64,000 nucleotides of DNA from Halobacteriovoraceae bacterium (GTDB lineage: Bacteria > Bdellovibrionota > Bacteriovoracia > Bacteriovoracales > Bacteriovoracaceae): positions 480,001-544,000 of the forward strand of contig CAVRCF010000001.1 in assembly GCA_963719505.1 (NCBI GenBank), in the 5' to 3' direction. The position numbers and the translations under genes are program-made. Below the pieces are notes generated by a model. It worked only from the letters and a program-made list of their open reading frames with translations. It was not told the origin of the DNA and searched no databases. Positions 1 through 10,252 of the stretch are shown in pieces (within the stretch, counting starts at the first letter, position 1; each line of letters starts with the position of its first letter).

Positions 1-1
1 G

Positions 2-703
2 CATCAAGTTTATGCCCCTGGAGATGATGTTCGTTTTATTGATTGGAAACTGTCAGCGAAGTCTGACAACACTTTTGTAAAAACCTTTGAAGAAGAAAGA
101 AATGTAGAGATTATTGTCGCAATAGACCTAGCGTCGAACATGTTAACTGGCTACAAAGGTATTTCAAAATTACAGTCAGCAATTGAAATTGCTTGTCTTC
201 TCTTTCTTCTCGCCGAACAAAGTAAAGATAAGGTAAAGATTATTATACTTTTAGATAAAGCCATCATTCTACCTGCACAGTCTGGCCATAAAGGAATAGC
301 CCTTTTTGTGTCAACGTTAGAGAAACACAATATTCTTTTAGGAAATGGAAAAGTTAACTTTCGCAATCAATTCGAAAATTTGATGACAGAAACAAAGAAG
401 CTTGGTCTTTTGAAATCTTTTGTTGCGAAAGGAAAGGAAGTGGTATTTCTTTCGGATTTTTCTGAAATAGATCAGATGGATGTTCTGAATAAACTAATCT
501 ATAGAAAAAATATGCACTGCTTTAAAGTTGTTTCGCCTCTTGATGAGGTCGAAAGACAACCTTTTTCAATATTTACATCAATAAAGGGGAAGAAAAAATT
601 GATTAGCCCCAGTATGAGACACAACGAACAGTTACATGGTCGATGGAAGAAAATAAATGTCGCTAGTAGATATCTGGAGGACTTCGTAAAAGAAATGTTA
701 TGA
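2..703 (+). CDS. DUF58 family protein (MoxR/VWA-associated), 5' end outside window
   Basis: Frame open from nt 2 reads HQVYAPGDDVRFIDWKLSAK...VKTFEEERNVE (DUF58 YxPGDDxRxIDW motif). It is in frame with ORF 140..703, which carries a FLSDF motif. Lies upstream of bat genes. Confidence 0.9.
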   Translation, partial: HQVYAPGDDVRFIDWKLSAKSDNTFVKTFEEERNVEIIVAIDLASNMLTGYKGISKLQSAIEIACLLFLLAEQSKDKVKIIILLDKAIILPAQSGHKGIALFVSTLEKHNILLGNGKVNFRNQFENLMTETKKLGLLKSFVAKGKEVVFLSDFSEIDQMDVLNKLIYRKNMHCFKVVSPLDEVERQPFSIFTSIKGKKKLISPSMRHNEQLHGRWKKINVASRYLEDFVKEML

Positions 704-1452
704 AAAATCTTAGTCTATTCATATTCCTTATTTACTCATATTCCTTTGCAGCTCAGGTAGAGCTTTTATCGTTAGATGCTGAAAAGAAATCGACAGGTGA
801 TATCGTCACCTTCAAGGTTGAAGGTGAGCTTAGCTATGAAGAACTAAAAAGCTACCAAAATAAACGAGTTGGAGACATCTTGTATATACTAGAAGTTAAC
901 ACAGAAGGTGCGGGTTTATTTATAAGAGGTATTTTGGCTGAACCAAAAAAGAAACCAGCAACTATCCCTCAAGAGATTGTTAAGCCGCCTGAGATGAAAG
1001 ATACCTTTTTGATTAAGAATCTAAACTATGAACCTTCTCAAACAGAGAAATTGAAAGACTTTATTGTTTATCAAGGACCAAAAGTCGAACTCAGTGAAGA
1101 AAGTAAAAAGGCATTGAAAATTATTTTCGCTTTTTTAGCATTGGTCATTATTTCTTTTGTCTCCAAAAAAATTCTTTATATTCGTAGAGAAAAAAAGAAA
1201 GAGCGACAAAGAATCGATGAACTAGAAGAGAAGATCAGAGGACTTGGAAATAAAAATGAGTTCGAGAAATTCTATCAAGATAGAAAACTGATTGCAAAAG
1301 ATATAAAATTTGAAGCTTCAAAGCTTCTGGCATTTGAGAAGGAATTAAACTTAATTCAATATAAACCTTTGTGGACTGCTGAAGAGTTAGAAACTATAAG
1401 AAAAGCATATAAGAAACTTTTGGATAGTATGGAGCGTAATAATGGAGTTTAA
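700..1452 (+). CDS. Bat-operon membrane protein (signal peptide, one TM segment, coiled C-terminus)
   Basis: N-terminal signal peptide and central TM (IIFAFLALVIISFV). Overlaps both neighbours; position between DUF58 and batA. Confidence 0.7.
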   Translation: MKNLSLFIFLIYSYSFAAQVELLSLDAEKKSTGDIVTFKVEGELSYEELKSYQNKRVGDILYILEVNTEGAGLFIRGILAEPKKKPATIPQEIVKPPEMKDTFLIKNLNYEPSQTEKLKDFIVYQGPKVELSEESKKALKIIFAFLALVIISFVSKKILYIRREKKKERQRIDELEEKIRGLGNKNEFEKFYQDRKLIAKDIKFEASKLLAFEKELNLIQYKPLWTAEELETIRKAYKKLLDSMERNNGV

Positions 1453-2413
1453 TTCATTTTATCCAGCTATTTTAGGTCTTTTCGTTACAGTTGCTTGGTC
1501 TCTTGAGTACTGGAAAGCTTTTCAAAAAGCTGAACTGAGTATGCCGATAAAATATATTAAAAAGACGGCAAATACGATGAGAACCCTGTCTTACATCATG
1601 GGACTTATGGGACTCCTTTTAATAACTTTTGCAATGACGGGACCAAGAAAACCTTTAAAGTTTTCACCAAATAATATAGAGGTTAATGACATTTATGTTG
1701 TGGTTGATGTCTCGCGCTCAATGTTGGCTGAGGATCTACAGCCAAACCGTCTCGAAGTCGCGAAGGAAAAACTACGAGACTTTGCTAAGCTTCGACCTAC
1801 AGATCGAATTGGCATTATTATTTTTTCGGAAAAAGTCTTTACTCTTTTGCCATTGACGACTGATCCAGGACTAGTCGATCAAGTATTAGCAGATATAAAA
1901 GTGGGTTTTCTAGGCAGTGGTACCAATATTGGTGATGCACTAGCTCTTGCTGTTGGTAGAGGACAGGCCAGTAAAACAAAAAATAAGGTTGTGGTTCTTT
2001 TAACAGACGGAGTAAATAACGTTGGGAACATGACACCAATAAAGGCTGCTAAGTTAGCGGCTGAATTTAATATAAAGGTTTATACTATCGGTCTAGGTTC
2101 AAATCGAGACGCAAAGTTACCGGTAGGTAATGGACTTTTTGGAACTCAGTATCAAAATATTCCAGGTGGCTCTATTGACTTAGGAACTCTTCAGGAAATA
2201 TCTAAAATTACCAATGGCAAAAGCTATATGGCAAACAGCGAAGACTCTTTAAAAGAGATATTAAGTGATATTCAAAAACTAGAAAAAACTAAAATAGAAA
2301 CTCAAGGGCAAGTTGTTTATGACGAGTTATTCTTTCCTTATCTCCTTTGGGGAATATTTCTATTTTTGGCTTGTGAATTGTCGAGAAAATTTTTGACCAA
2401 GGAGATTGTATGA
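1442..2413 (+). CDS. batA: BatA-like VWA domain protein
   Basis: MIDAS motif DVSRSM, PNRLEVAK, DRIGIIIF, GTNIGDAL, LTDGVNN; N- and C-terminal TM segments. Confidence 0.9.
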   Translation: MEFNSFYPAILGLFVTVAWSLEYWKAFQKAELSMPIKYIKKTANTMRTLSYIMGLMGLLLITFAMTGPRKPLKFSPNNIEVNDIYVVVDVSRSMLAEDLQPNRLEVAKEKLRDFAKLRPTDRIGIIIFSEKVFTLLPLTTDPGLVDQVLADIKVGFLGSGTNIGDALALAVGRGQASKTKNKVVVLLTDGVNNVGNMTPIKAAKLAAEFNIKVYTIGLGSNRDAKLPVGNGLFGTQYQNIPGGSIDLGTLQEISKITNGKSYMANSEDSLKEILSDIQKLEKTKIETQGQVVYDELFFPYLLWGIFLFLACELSRKFLTKEIV

Positions 2414-4200
2414 ATTTTATTTATTCGAACTATCTCTTTGTCGCGATTATAATATCAGTATTATTATCATTGATTATTCTAAAGCAAGAAAAAACATTTT
2501 TTAAATGGGTGGAAGATCACTGGTTTTACAAACGATCAAGATCTTCCGTTTTATCAAGTCTGTTTTTTATTGTCGGTTTTCTTCTTCTAACAATAGCCCT
2601 TTTAGATCTTCGCGGACCTGAGAAAAATATTCAAGGAAAAATTAGCGATCAAAAAACGATTTTATTGATTGATAGCTCAGCTAGTATGCTTGCAGAGGAT
2701 GTAAGGCCTAACCGTTTTAGAAAAGCGGTGCTATTGGCCAAACACTTTATTAAAAAAGCTGTTGGACAGCAACTCTCTATTGTCGTTTTTTCCGATACAG
2801 CTAAGCAGATAATGCCATTCACAAATGACATAGATCTATTAGAAGCACGACTGGGGGCTTTGGAAGACATGAAGCTTAATCGCGGTGGGACTTCATTAAC
2901 CTTTGCGATTAAAGAATCTATCCAATTTTTTCAAAATAATTCAAAAGAGGTTTCAGGCAATATTCTTATTTTTACCGATGCAGAGGAGACAGACGGCGGC
3001 ATAGATACAGAAATACCCGACTCAATTACGGTAGGGATTGTTGGAGTGGGAACTGCTAAAGGTGCAACAATCCCAATGCGAACGGAAAAAGGTGTTTTTG
3101 TTGGGAATAAGAAATTTGGAGGAGAGGCTGTTATCACGAAACTAGATGAGGAGTTTATTAAAGGACTTGGATCTAAGATAAAAGACTTTAGATATTGGAT
3201 AGCAACTTCTTATAGCCTTCCAACTGAAGAGATTATGTCATTTTTCACTAAATTACATCGGCTTAAACAGTCAAAGAACAACTTTAGAATAAGACCTGTG
3301 CTAACAAACTATTTACTTGTACCAGCAATGCTTTTTCTTCTGATAAGCATCTTACTGAAGATGAAAAAATCTTTTATTCTACCGCTGCTGCTTTTTTCTC
3401 TAATATCTTTTCGAACTCATTCGCAGGAGAAAGAAGAAGCTCCAAAAGAGAAAAGTGAAACGATTAAAGAATTGGAAAAAAGATTTACCGAAGGTCGAAT
3501 TACTAATGAAGAAAAAAGAGCTTTAGCAAGTAGGCTGCTACAAGAGGGCTTTGTCCAAGAGGCAAATGCGCTTTATCAGGAAATTACGCCCAAAAAAATA
3601 AGTGATAGCAACTTGATTGATAATTTTAATAAGGGCGCTGCTGAGTTCAAGTCAAAAGATATTAAAGGTGGGTTTAATACTTATAAACGTCTTCATGACT
3701 ACCTCGAGGAGAATGATCCAGACTCTGAACTCCTTCCAACAATAAAAAAGAATATGATTAAAGCTCTCGAACAAATGGCCCAGAGTGAGTCTAAAAAAAA
3801 TGACGAGAAAAAAGAGAGTGAAGACGACAAAAATGAGAGTGAGGATCAAAAAGATCAGGGCGATCAAGGTCAGGGAAAGAAGGAAGACGACAAGGGTGGC
3901 AAGGGAAAAGACAAAAAGAATAAAGATGATAAGTCTGAAAATAAAAATGATGAAGAGGGTAACGAAAAAGATAAAAATAAAAAGGATGGAGATCAAAATA
4001 AAGATCCCAAAAAGAAGTCAGAGCAAGAACAAAAAGATAAAAAGAAGGGAAAGCCTAGCGATGGAGATGGGAAGAATTCTGATAAAAAGAAAATTCCGGC
4101 CATCCTTAAACAGCTAATGTCTGATGACAATCAATTGCAAAAAAAGTTGATTGATACTGGAACAACAAAAAGAAAACCAAGAGAAGAAAAGGACTGGTAA
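2410..4200 (+). CDS. batB: BatB-like VWA protein fused to a BatC-like TPR/charged tail
   Basis: DSSASMLAEDVRPNRF, FTDAEE, VITKLDE; followed by a TM, a helical region, a K/D/E low-complexity stretch and a terminal EKDW typical of BatC. Confidence 0.8.
   Translation: MNFIYSNYLFVAIIISVLLSLIILKQEKTFFKWVEDHWFYKRSRSSVLSSLFFIVGFLLLTIALLDLRGPEKNIQGKISDQKTILLIDSSASMLAEDVRPNRFRKAVLLAKHFIKKAVGQQLSIVVFSDTAKQIMPFTNDIDLLEARLGALEDMKLNRGGTSLTFAIKESIQFFQNNSKEVSGNILIFTDAEETDGGIDTEIPDSITVGIVGVGTAKGATIPMRTEKGVFVGNKKFGGEAVITKLDEEFIKGLGSKIKDFRYWIATSYSLPTEEIMSFFTKLHRLKQSKNNFRIRPVLTNYLLVPAMLFLLISILLKMKKSFILPLLLFSLISFRTHSQEKEEAPKEKSETIKELEKRFTEGRITNEEKRALASRLLQEGFVQEANALYQEITPKKISDSNLIDNFNKGAAEFKSKDIKGGFNTYKRLHDYLEENDPDSELLPTIKKNMIKALEQMAQSESKKNDEKKESEDDKNESEDQKDQGDQGQGKKEDDKGGKGKDKKNKDDKSENKNDEEGNEKDKNKKDGDQNKDPKKKSEQEQKDKKKGKPSDGDGKNSDKKKIPAILKQLMSDDNQLQKKLIDTGTTKRKPREEKDW
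3781..4092 (+). repeat. Low-complexity purine-rich tract encoding a K/D/E/Q linker
   Basis: QSESKKNDEKKESEDDKNESEDQKDQGDQGQGKKEDDKGGKGKDKK..., seen directly in the translation. Confidence 0.8.
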
Positions 4201-5831
4201 TGACAAAGATGATGATACTCTTTCTCCTACTGATAAATATAGCTGCTGCAAATGAAGTTGAGATTACCACAACACCTTCTGAGCCTGTTTTGGGTGAAAG
4301 TTTTAATGTTACTTTCAAAGTTCTTACTGAAGAGGGAACTGACCCTGTTATTAGGTTCGACCCATCTGGGGTTGAGGTGCTTGGTCGTGAAGAAACAGGG
4401 ATCTCAACAAAGACGACCTACATGAATGGAAAGCTTACAGTCGAGAGAAGTATTACTATAGTCTATGAAATGGTTGCACAGAAAGCCGGAAGCGTATATT
4501 TGAGAAATATTAATGTTGATCTCAATGGTAAAAATATAAAACATAATACCGTCAGAATACGGGTACTTTCCAGAGCAAGAAAAGCGAAAGATATTATGGC
4601 TTTGGCAATAGTTGATAAAGAGGAAGCTTTTGTTGGTGAGTCGATTTTAGTTCGGTACTACCTATATTACAAGCCTCAAGTCTCAACGACAGATGTTAAA
4701 AAATTTCCTAAACTCGATAAATTTCTAAAGCGGTTTCACCAAGAAAAAACTAGGCCTGAGAGGGTAAGCTTTAATGGAGATATCTATACTAGAAGTATAA
4801 TTTATACTGCTCAGCTTTATGCTGAAAAGCCTGGTAAGTATAAAATTGATCCAATTTCTTTAGGAGTAAATTATTTACGTGGAAGAAGTGGTGGCTTTGG
4901 TGGCTTTGGGTTTAGGCAATCAGCACGGAAAACCGTGACAAGTGATGTTGTTGAAATCAATGTAAAAGAACTTCCCTCTGAAAATATTCCACCAAGTTTT
5001 ACTGGGCTGGTTGGAAAGCACGACTTCACCCTAACACTGAATAAAAATAAGTTTCTCGTCAACGAGCCTATTGAAATGAAGTTTACTGTAAGTGGACCTG
5101 GGGCACTGGAGCTCTATCAGTCACCTAAAATTCTCAATAGTGATAAACTTGAAGAGTTTGATGCAAGTAACGAGTTTCAGATCAATCCAAATTTTGATGC
5201 AACGAAAGTCTTCAATATAACCTATTTAGGTCGTGATCAATTCTCTAAAGAAGCTTCAACGATAGCCTTTAGTTATTTTGATCCTGAGGCGTTGAAGTAT
5301 GAAACGGTGAATCTCTCACTTGGCTCTATTCAGGTTTCCGGAACACAGGCCAGAAGAAGGACAAATATCAACCCTGAGGTAGACTCAGAAGTTCCAAGAG
5401 TCGTTGTGCCAAGAGAAGAAAGTGCTGACCTATCTCCCCTCTATAACCTGAAAAATACATATGTTTATAACAAACTTTATATAAATATTGGTTTAGGTAT
5501 TATCTTACTTATTTTTCTCGTATTAAAGCTCTTAAAGTATATTGAAAAATTCAGACTCAGAGACATAGACCTTTTGACACTTATTAAAAAGGAAGGTTTA
5601 ACCTATGGAAGGCTTCACAACCTTCTTCGTGAGTTGGGTGATGGAGAAACAATGAAAGAGATGGTAAACAGCTCTAGCCTCTCCAAGGGGACAAAAAAAC
5701 ACCTTTTGGCCCTTGTGGAAAAATGTGAAAAAATGTACCAAGGCAATAAAGATATTTCTAAAATTAAAATTAAAAAATCGGCGATTGATGAAATACATAA
5801 AGCCCTTAACCAACAAAATGCAACTCAGTAG
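4200..5831 (+). CDS. batD: BatD family protein
   Basis: Signal peptide, Ig-like repeats, FTGLVG and FSYFDP motifs, C-terminal TM; follows batA/batB. Confidence 0.85.
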   Translation: MTKMMILFLLLINIAAANEVEITTTPSEPVLGESFNVTFKVLTEEGTDPVIRFDPSGVEVLGREETGISTKTTYMNGKLTVERSITIVYEMVAQKAGSVYLRNINVDLNGKNIKHNTVRIRVLSRARKAKDIMALAIVDKEEAFVGESILVRYYLYYKPQVSTTDVKKFPKLDKFLKRFHQEKTRPERVSFNGDIYTRSIIYTAQLYAEKPGKYKIDPISLGVNYLRGRSGGFGGFGFRQSARKTVTSDVVEINVKELPSENIPPSFTGLVGKHDFTLTLNKNKFLVNEPIEMKFTVSGPGALELYQSPKILNSDKLEEFDASNEFQINPNFDATKVFNITYLGRDQFSKEASTIAFSYFDPEALKYETVNLSLGSIQVSGTQARRRTNINPEVDSEVPRVVVPREESADLSPLYNLKNTYVYNKLYINIGLGIILLIFLVLKLLKYIEKFRLRDIDLLTLIKKEGLTYGRLHNLLRELGDGETMKEMVNSSSLSKGTKKHLLALVEKCEKMYQGNKDISKIKIKKSAIDEIHKALNQQNATQ

Positions 5832-7407
5832 CACTACCTTAGAAGAGGTTCAAAGCTCTTCCATAGGCATTACAATAGGCAGTTTTGATGGTGTTCACAA
5901 AGGCCATCAACATGTACTCTCAGACTTTGTTGAAAAATGCCACAAAAGAGGTATTCGACCAGTTGTTATCTCTTTTTCACCCCACCCTCTGATCGTTATA
6001 AGGAATATTGAAAATTTCCTAATCGATTCATCCCATAAAAAGCGACAGTATTTGAAAGAAAAATTTAATATAGACTTGGTCGAGGTAGAGTTTAATCAAA
6101 ATATAAGAGAAATGTCTGGTGAAATATTTTTTAGCGAACTATCGAAACAACTTAAAAAAATCAAACTCTTTTATGCTGGACATGACTTTAGCTTAGGTAA
6201 GGGAAAGTGCTTTACAATCAAAGAGGCTAGGGAAAAGTTAAGCGCAATAGAAGTTGTTGAGGGAGAGGCATTCGAGCAGGAGAAATTTTCTTTCTCTTCT
6301 ACCTCAGTTAGGGATTGCCTAAAAAATGGTGAGATAGAAAAAGCAAACTTTATTCTTGGTCACCCTTTCAAACTGACGGCAACTGTGAAAAGTGGAAACA
6401 AAATAGGACGCACCATTGGTTTTCCCACTGCGAATCTTAGTTTTTGTGAAACACAAATCCTTCCACAAGATGGCGTTTACTTTGTCAAAGCAAGTCTTAA
6501 AGAGAAAAGCTATAGAGCAATAGTTAATATAGGCGTTCGGCCGACTGTGACAAAAGACAATATAAGAGTGGTGGAAGTAAATATTTTTGACTTTAATGAA
6601 GAGATATACGGTGAAGAATTAGATGTAGAGTTTTACAAAAAAATCAGAGATGAAAGAAAGTTCTCTTCAATTGATCAACTTCGAGCTCAAATTACAAAGG
6701 ATAAGCTGTACTGTGGGACCCTCTCTTTTTACGGACGCTTTGGGCTAATAGGAAAAAACATCTCGCATTCAAAGTCCTCAGAAGTTTATAAGAAGCTTAC
6801 TCATAACCACTATTTGGATTACCATCACTACGACTTGGAAGAGGAAGGCCAAATTGATATGAAATCATTTTTAAAGATGACACCTTTTATAAGTGTTACG
6901 AGTCCTTATAAAAAAGCCGTCTTTGAGAGGTGTGATAAGTTTGAAGGCGATGATACTTTGAAGGCAGTCAACTGTGTGAAGTTAGAAGATGATAAAGTAA
7001 TTGGAACTAACACTGACTTTTATGGAATCAAAGAATACCTCGAAGCTTTAAAGGCTGAAAGGTTTTCTCGTTTATATATACTAGGGTCTGGGGCGATGGC
7101 TGATATTATTGGTCTTGTACTTCGTGATAGAAATATAGCATTTGAAACTTTGAGTCGTAAAAATGGAAATATTGATACAGTTAATCTAATAAAAGACAAA
7201 AATACTTTGATTATAAATGCAACTGCTAGAAGCTACCAACCACCCTTCCCATTGAGCTGTAGCGGAACCTTCTGGGATCTCAACTACGACCAACCCTACG
7301 CTGAAGAAGCATTAAAGAGCAAAACACTTAAGTATATTGATGGTCACGATCTCTTGATGAGACAGGCAAAATATGCTCTAAGCTTCTGGAATCTCAAAAC
7401 CCCGTAA
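5818..7407 (+). CDS. ribF: Fusion of bifunctional FAD synthetase/riboflavin kinase (RibF) and an AroE-like shikimate dehydrogenase
   Basis: RibF motifs GSFDGVHKGHQ, SSTSVR, GRTIGFPTANL, NIGVRPTV, IRDERKF. These are followed in frame by AroE motifs GLIGKNISHSKS, VTSPYK, AVN, NTDFYG, LGSGAMA, INAT, DLNY, DGHDLLMRQA. Start placed at ATG 5818, overlapping the batD end. Confidence 0.85.
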   Translation: MQLSSTTLEEVQSSSIGITIGSFDGVHKGHQHVLSDFVEKCHKRGIRPVVISFSPHPLIVIRNIENFLIDSSHKKRQYLKEKFNIDLVEVEFNQNIREMSGEIFFSELSKQLKKIKLFYAGHDFSLGKGKCFTIKEAREKLSAIEVVEGEAFEQEKFSFSSTSVRDCLKNGEIEKANFILGHPFKLTATVKSGNKIGRTIGFPTANLSFCETQILPQDGVYFVKASLKEKSYRAIVNIGVRPTVTKDNIRVVEVNIFDFNEEIYGEELDVEFYKKIRDERKFSSIDQLRAQITKDKLYCGTLSFYGRFGLIGKNISHSKSSEVYKKLTHNHYLDYHHYDLEEEGQIDMKSFLKMTPFISVTSPYKKAVFERCDKFEGDDTLKAVNCVKLEDDKVIGTNTDFYGIKEYLEALKAERFSRLYILGSGAMADIIGLVLRDRNIAFETLSRKNGNIDTVNLIKDKNTLIINATARSYQPPFPLSCSGTFWDLNYDQPYAEEALKSKTLKYIDGHDLLMRQAKYALSFWNLKTP

Positions 7408-7431
7408 AATATAAATATGTAATTCCGATAA
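7405..7431 (+). promoter_or_regulatory. Putative sigma28 (FliA) promoter for pilBTC
   Basis: TAAAATAT-N11-TCCGATAA versus consensus TAAAGTTT-N11-GCCGATAA; 20 nt upstream of the pilB ATG, with a GGAG RBS. Confidence 0.6.
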
Positions 7432-7451
7432 GTTATTAAACTGGAGTATAT

Positions 7452-9122
7452 ATGATCCGCAAGGAGTTCATTGAAGTCGTAACAAATACGGGGATGGCCA
7501 CCCTTAAGGAGTTGCGTCGTCTTACATTAAATAAGGATCAAGACAAAGTCACTGAGTTTGAACTCTTAGAGATTCCACACTTTGATGAAAATAAATTTGC
7601 AAAAGTTATTTCTGAAAAATTTGGCCTAACTTTTATTGACCTTAAAAATGCAAAAGTTTCTAAAGATACAATTAAGGTTCTAAAGAAAAGAATCGTCCTA
7701 AAATATAGAGCTATTCCGATACAAATTACAGCAACAAAAGCCACTATCGCAACTTTTGACCCGACAGTCATCAATACGAAGCAAGCTTTGGGTCAAGAAC
7801 TAAAAAAACCTGTAGAGTTCATTCTTACTAATATTAGTTCATGGAAAAAATTATTTGAGTCAGTTGAAGATTCAGTAGAAGACTTAATTGGAAGTGTCGT
7901 TGAAATAAATGCGCACACCGATAATGATGTCGAGATTAAGGCTGAAGATATTGGCCAGGACGTCGTTACTTTTTGTAATAAAATTTTAGCCGAAGCTTTT
8001 GTCAAAAAGGTTTCCGATATCCATGTTGAGCCTTATGAAAAGACATTTAGAATAAGATTTCGTCTTGATGGTACACTTGTGACAGTGGCTAACCCGCCAA
8101 AATCGATGATGCCAGCAGTTGTTTCGAGATTAAAGATTTTAGCTTCACTGGATATTTCAGAGAAACGAAAACCCCAAGATGGGCGGATTAAGCTTCAGAT
8201 AGGGGGACAGCCTATCGACTATAGGGTCTCTTCTCTACCGACTCTCTTTGGGGAAAAGGTCGTTCTGCGTTTACTTGACCAATCAAACCTTCAACTTGAT
8301 ATGACAAAACTTGGCTTTGAGCCAAAGCAAATTGAAATTTTTCAAAAAGGTATTCATAGTCCTTACGGAATGGTTCTCGTTACAGGTCCAACTGGTTCAG
8401 GAAAGACAACAACACTTTATTCAGCATTAGCTGAACTCAATGTCGAAGGAACTAATATTTCTACGGCAGAGGATCCCTGTGAGTTTAACCTTGAAGGAAT
8501 AAATCAAGTTAACGTAAAAAAAGAAGTCGGCCTAACATTTGCGTCTGCTTTAAAATCTTTTTTAAGACAAGATCCTGACATTATCATGGTTGGAGAGATT
8601 AGAGACTTTGAAGTTGGTGAGATTGCAGTTGAAGCTGCACTGACTGGGCATATGGTTTTATCTACGCTTCATACAAATGATGCCGCCTCTACTGTTACAA
8701 GATTACTGAATATGGGAATCGAACCCTTCTTGGTGGTCGCAGCTCTTAACTGTGTTGTCGCTCAGAGGCTTTTAAGAAAAATATGCACAAGTTGTAGAGA
8801 GGCCGTTCCAACAACTAAAGAGCGTCTCGTTCAATGTGGTTTCGCTCCATCTTCGGCAGAAAAAATTAAAGTTTATAGAGGAAAAGGGTGCGATATTTGC
8901 TCTGGAACTGGATATAAGGGACGAGTGGCAATCTATGAAGTTATGCCTGCTTCTCCTCGAATTAAAGATTTGATTTTAAAACATCCATCTTCTGATGAAT
9001 TAAAAGCACAAGCAATAAAAGATGGAATGAAAACATTGAGAATGACTGCACTTACAAAAGTAGCGCAAGGACTAACGACAATTGAAGAAGCTTTATCAAA
9101 TTCAGCTTCTGATAATTTATAA
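7452..9122 (+). CDS. pilB: Type IV pilus assembly ATPase PilB
   Basis: SDIHVEP, Walker A GPTGSGKTT, LRQDPDIIMVGEIRD, TGHMVLSTLHTN, two CxxC zinc motifs. Confidence 0.95.
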   Translation: MIRKEFIEVVTNTGMATLKELRRLTLNKDQDKVTEFELLEIPHFDENKFAKVISEKFGLTFIDLKNAKVSKDTIKVLKKRIVLKYRAIPIQITATKATIATFDPTVINTKQALGQELKKPVEFILTNISSWKKLFESVEDSVEDLIGSVVEINAHTDNDVEIKAEDIGQDVVTFCNKILAEAFVKKVSDIHVEPYEKTFRIRFRLDGTLVTVANPPKSMMPAVVSRLKILASLDISEKRKPQDGRIKLQIGGQPIDYRVSSLPTLFGEKVVLRLLDQSNLQLDMTKLGFEPKQIEIFQKGIHSPYGMVLVTGPTGSGKTTTLYSALAELNVEGTNISTAEDPCEFNLEGINQVNVKKEVGLTFASALKSFLRQDPDIIMVGEIRDFEVGEIAVEAALTGHMVLSTLHTNDAASTVTRLLNMGIEPFLVVAALNCVVAQRLLRKICTSCREAVPTTKERLVQCGFAPSSAEKIKVYRGKGCDICSGTGYKGRVAIYEVMPASPRIKDLILKHPSSDELKAQAIKDGMKTLRMTALTKVAQGLTTIEEALSNSASDNL

Positions 9123-9133
9123 AAGGAACTTTT

Positions 9134-10249
9134 ATGTCTCAGGAAAGTACAAAAACTAGTATTGGTGGAGCCGGTGTTGGGAATTTACAGATTCAACAAC
9201 TCTTTAAGGTTATGGTCGATCAAGGTGCATCGGATTTACATATCTCAGTAGGGAGTGCCCCAGGGATGAGAATTTCTGGGGAAGTGATAAGAGTAAAAGT
9301 TGGGGCTTGTACAGCGGACGATACAAAAAGACTTGTTTATCAAATTTTAACTGAGGCTCAAAGATCTGAGTTAGAAAAAAACCTCGAACTCGATTTCTCT
9401 TTTGGAGTTAAGGGCCTTGCTCGTTTTAGAGCGAACTGCTTTTACTCAAAGGGTGCAGTCGCAGCCGTCTTCAGACAAATTCCAAGTCAAGTCCCAGATT
9501 TTGATTCCCTGGGCTTACCCCATGTTTTACTTGAAATGACTGATGTTTCTAACGGTTTGATGCTTGTTACAGGTCCTACGGGGTCTGGTAAATCTACAAC
9601 TCTTGCTTCAATTATTGATAGGTTAAACTCTACTGAAAATGGGCATATTATTACACTTGAAGATCCAGTCGAATTTGTTCATCAGCATAAAAACTGTCTG
9701 GTTAACCAAAGAGAAATTGGAGTGGATACTTTGACTTTCGCTAATGGAATTAGATCATTACTAAGACAGGATCCAGATATCGTTCTCGTTGGAGAGCTTC
9801 GAGACCTTCAAACTATTGAAGCATCTCTAGAGATCGCAGAAACTGGTCACTTAGTCTTTGGTACGCTTCATACGAACTCAACAATTCAGACAATTTCAAG
9901 AATTATTAACGTTTTTCCGGCAGATCAACAGGATCAAATTAGAACTTTACTCTCGTTTGTTCTACAAGGTGTTGTCGCTCAACAGCTTCTTCCTAAAAAA
10001 GGGGGAGGTCGGGTCCTTGCGATGGAGATTTTGCGCCTTACTCCGGCAATAAAAAACTTAATTCGTGAAGACAAGCTTCACCAGGTGTATTCGCAGATGC
10101 AGATTAACCAAGAAGTGACGAAAATGGTTACCATGAATCAAAGTATTAAAAAATCACTAGATGCTGGTATAATAGATGCTGAAACAGCTATGTCTTATTC
10201 AAATAACCCAGAAGAAATGGCTAAAATGATAGGAATGGAGAAAAAATAA
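9134..10249 (+). CDS. pilT: Type IV pilus retraction ATPase PilT
   Basis: ASDLH, GPTGSGKSTT, LRQDPD, AETGHLVFGTLHT, and AIKNLIRE (the AIRNLIRE motif). Confidence 0.95.
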   Translation: MSQESTKTSIGGAGVGNLQIQQLFKVMVDQGASDLHISVGSAPGMRISGEVIRVKVGACTADDTKRLVYQILTEAQRSELEKNLELDFSFGVKGLARFRANCFYSKGAVAAVFRQIPSQVPDFDSLGLPHVLLEMTDVSNGLMLVTGPTGSGKSTTLASIIDRLNSTENGHIITLEDPVEFVHQHKNCLVNQREIGVDTLTFANGIRSLLRQDPDIVLVGELRDLQTIEASLEIAETGHLVFGTLHTNSTIQTISRIINVFPADQQDQIRTLLSFVLQGVVAQQLLPKKGGGRVLAMEILRLTPAIKNLIREDKLHQVYSQMQINQEVTKMVTMNQSIKKSLDAGIIDAETAMSYSNNPEEMAKMIGMEKK

Positions 10250-10252
10250 TAA

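Noticed and set aside
3652-4117. Alternative-frame ORFs 3652..3996 (-) and 3785..4117 (+)
   Set aside because: They are shadows of the low-complexity K/D/E tract of batB-C.
5713-5817. Longer N-termini in the ORF track (ribF 5713; likewise accB 22672, ung 56808, ABC ATPase 13521)
   Set aside because: They overlap or crowd neighbouring genes; downstream ATGs match the family N-termini better.
7452-7600. MshEN c-di-GMP-binding motif in the PilB N-terminus
   Set aside because: The RLGxxL consensus is absent; only a weak remnant is visible.
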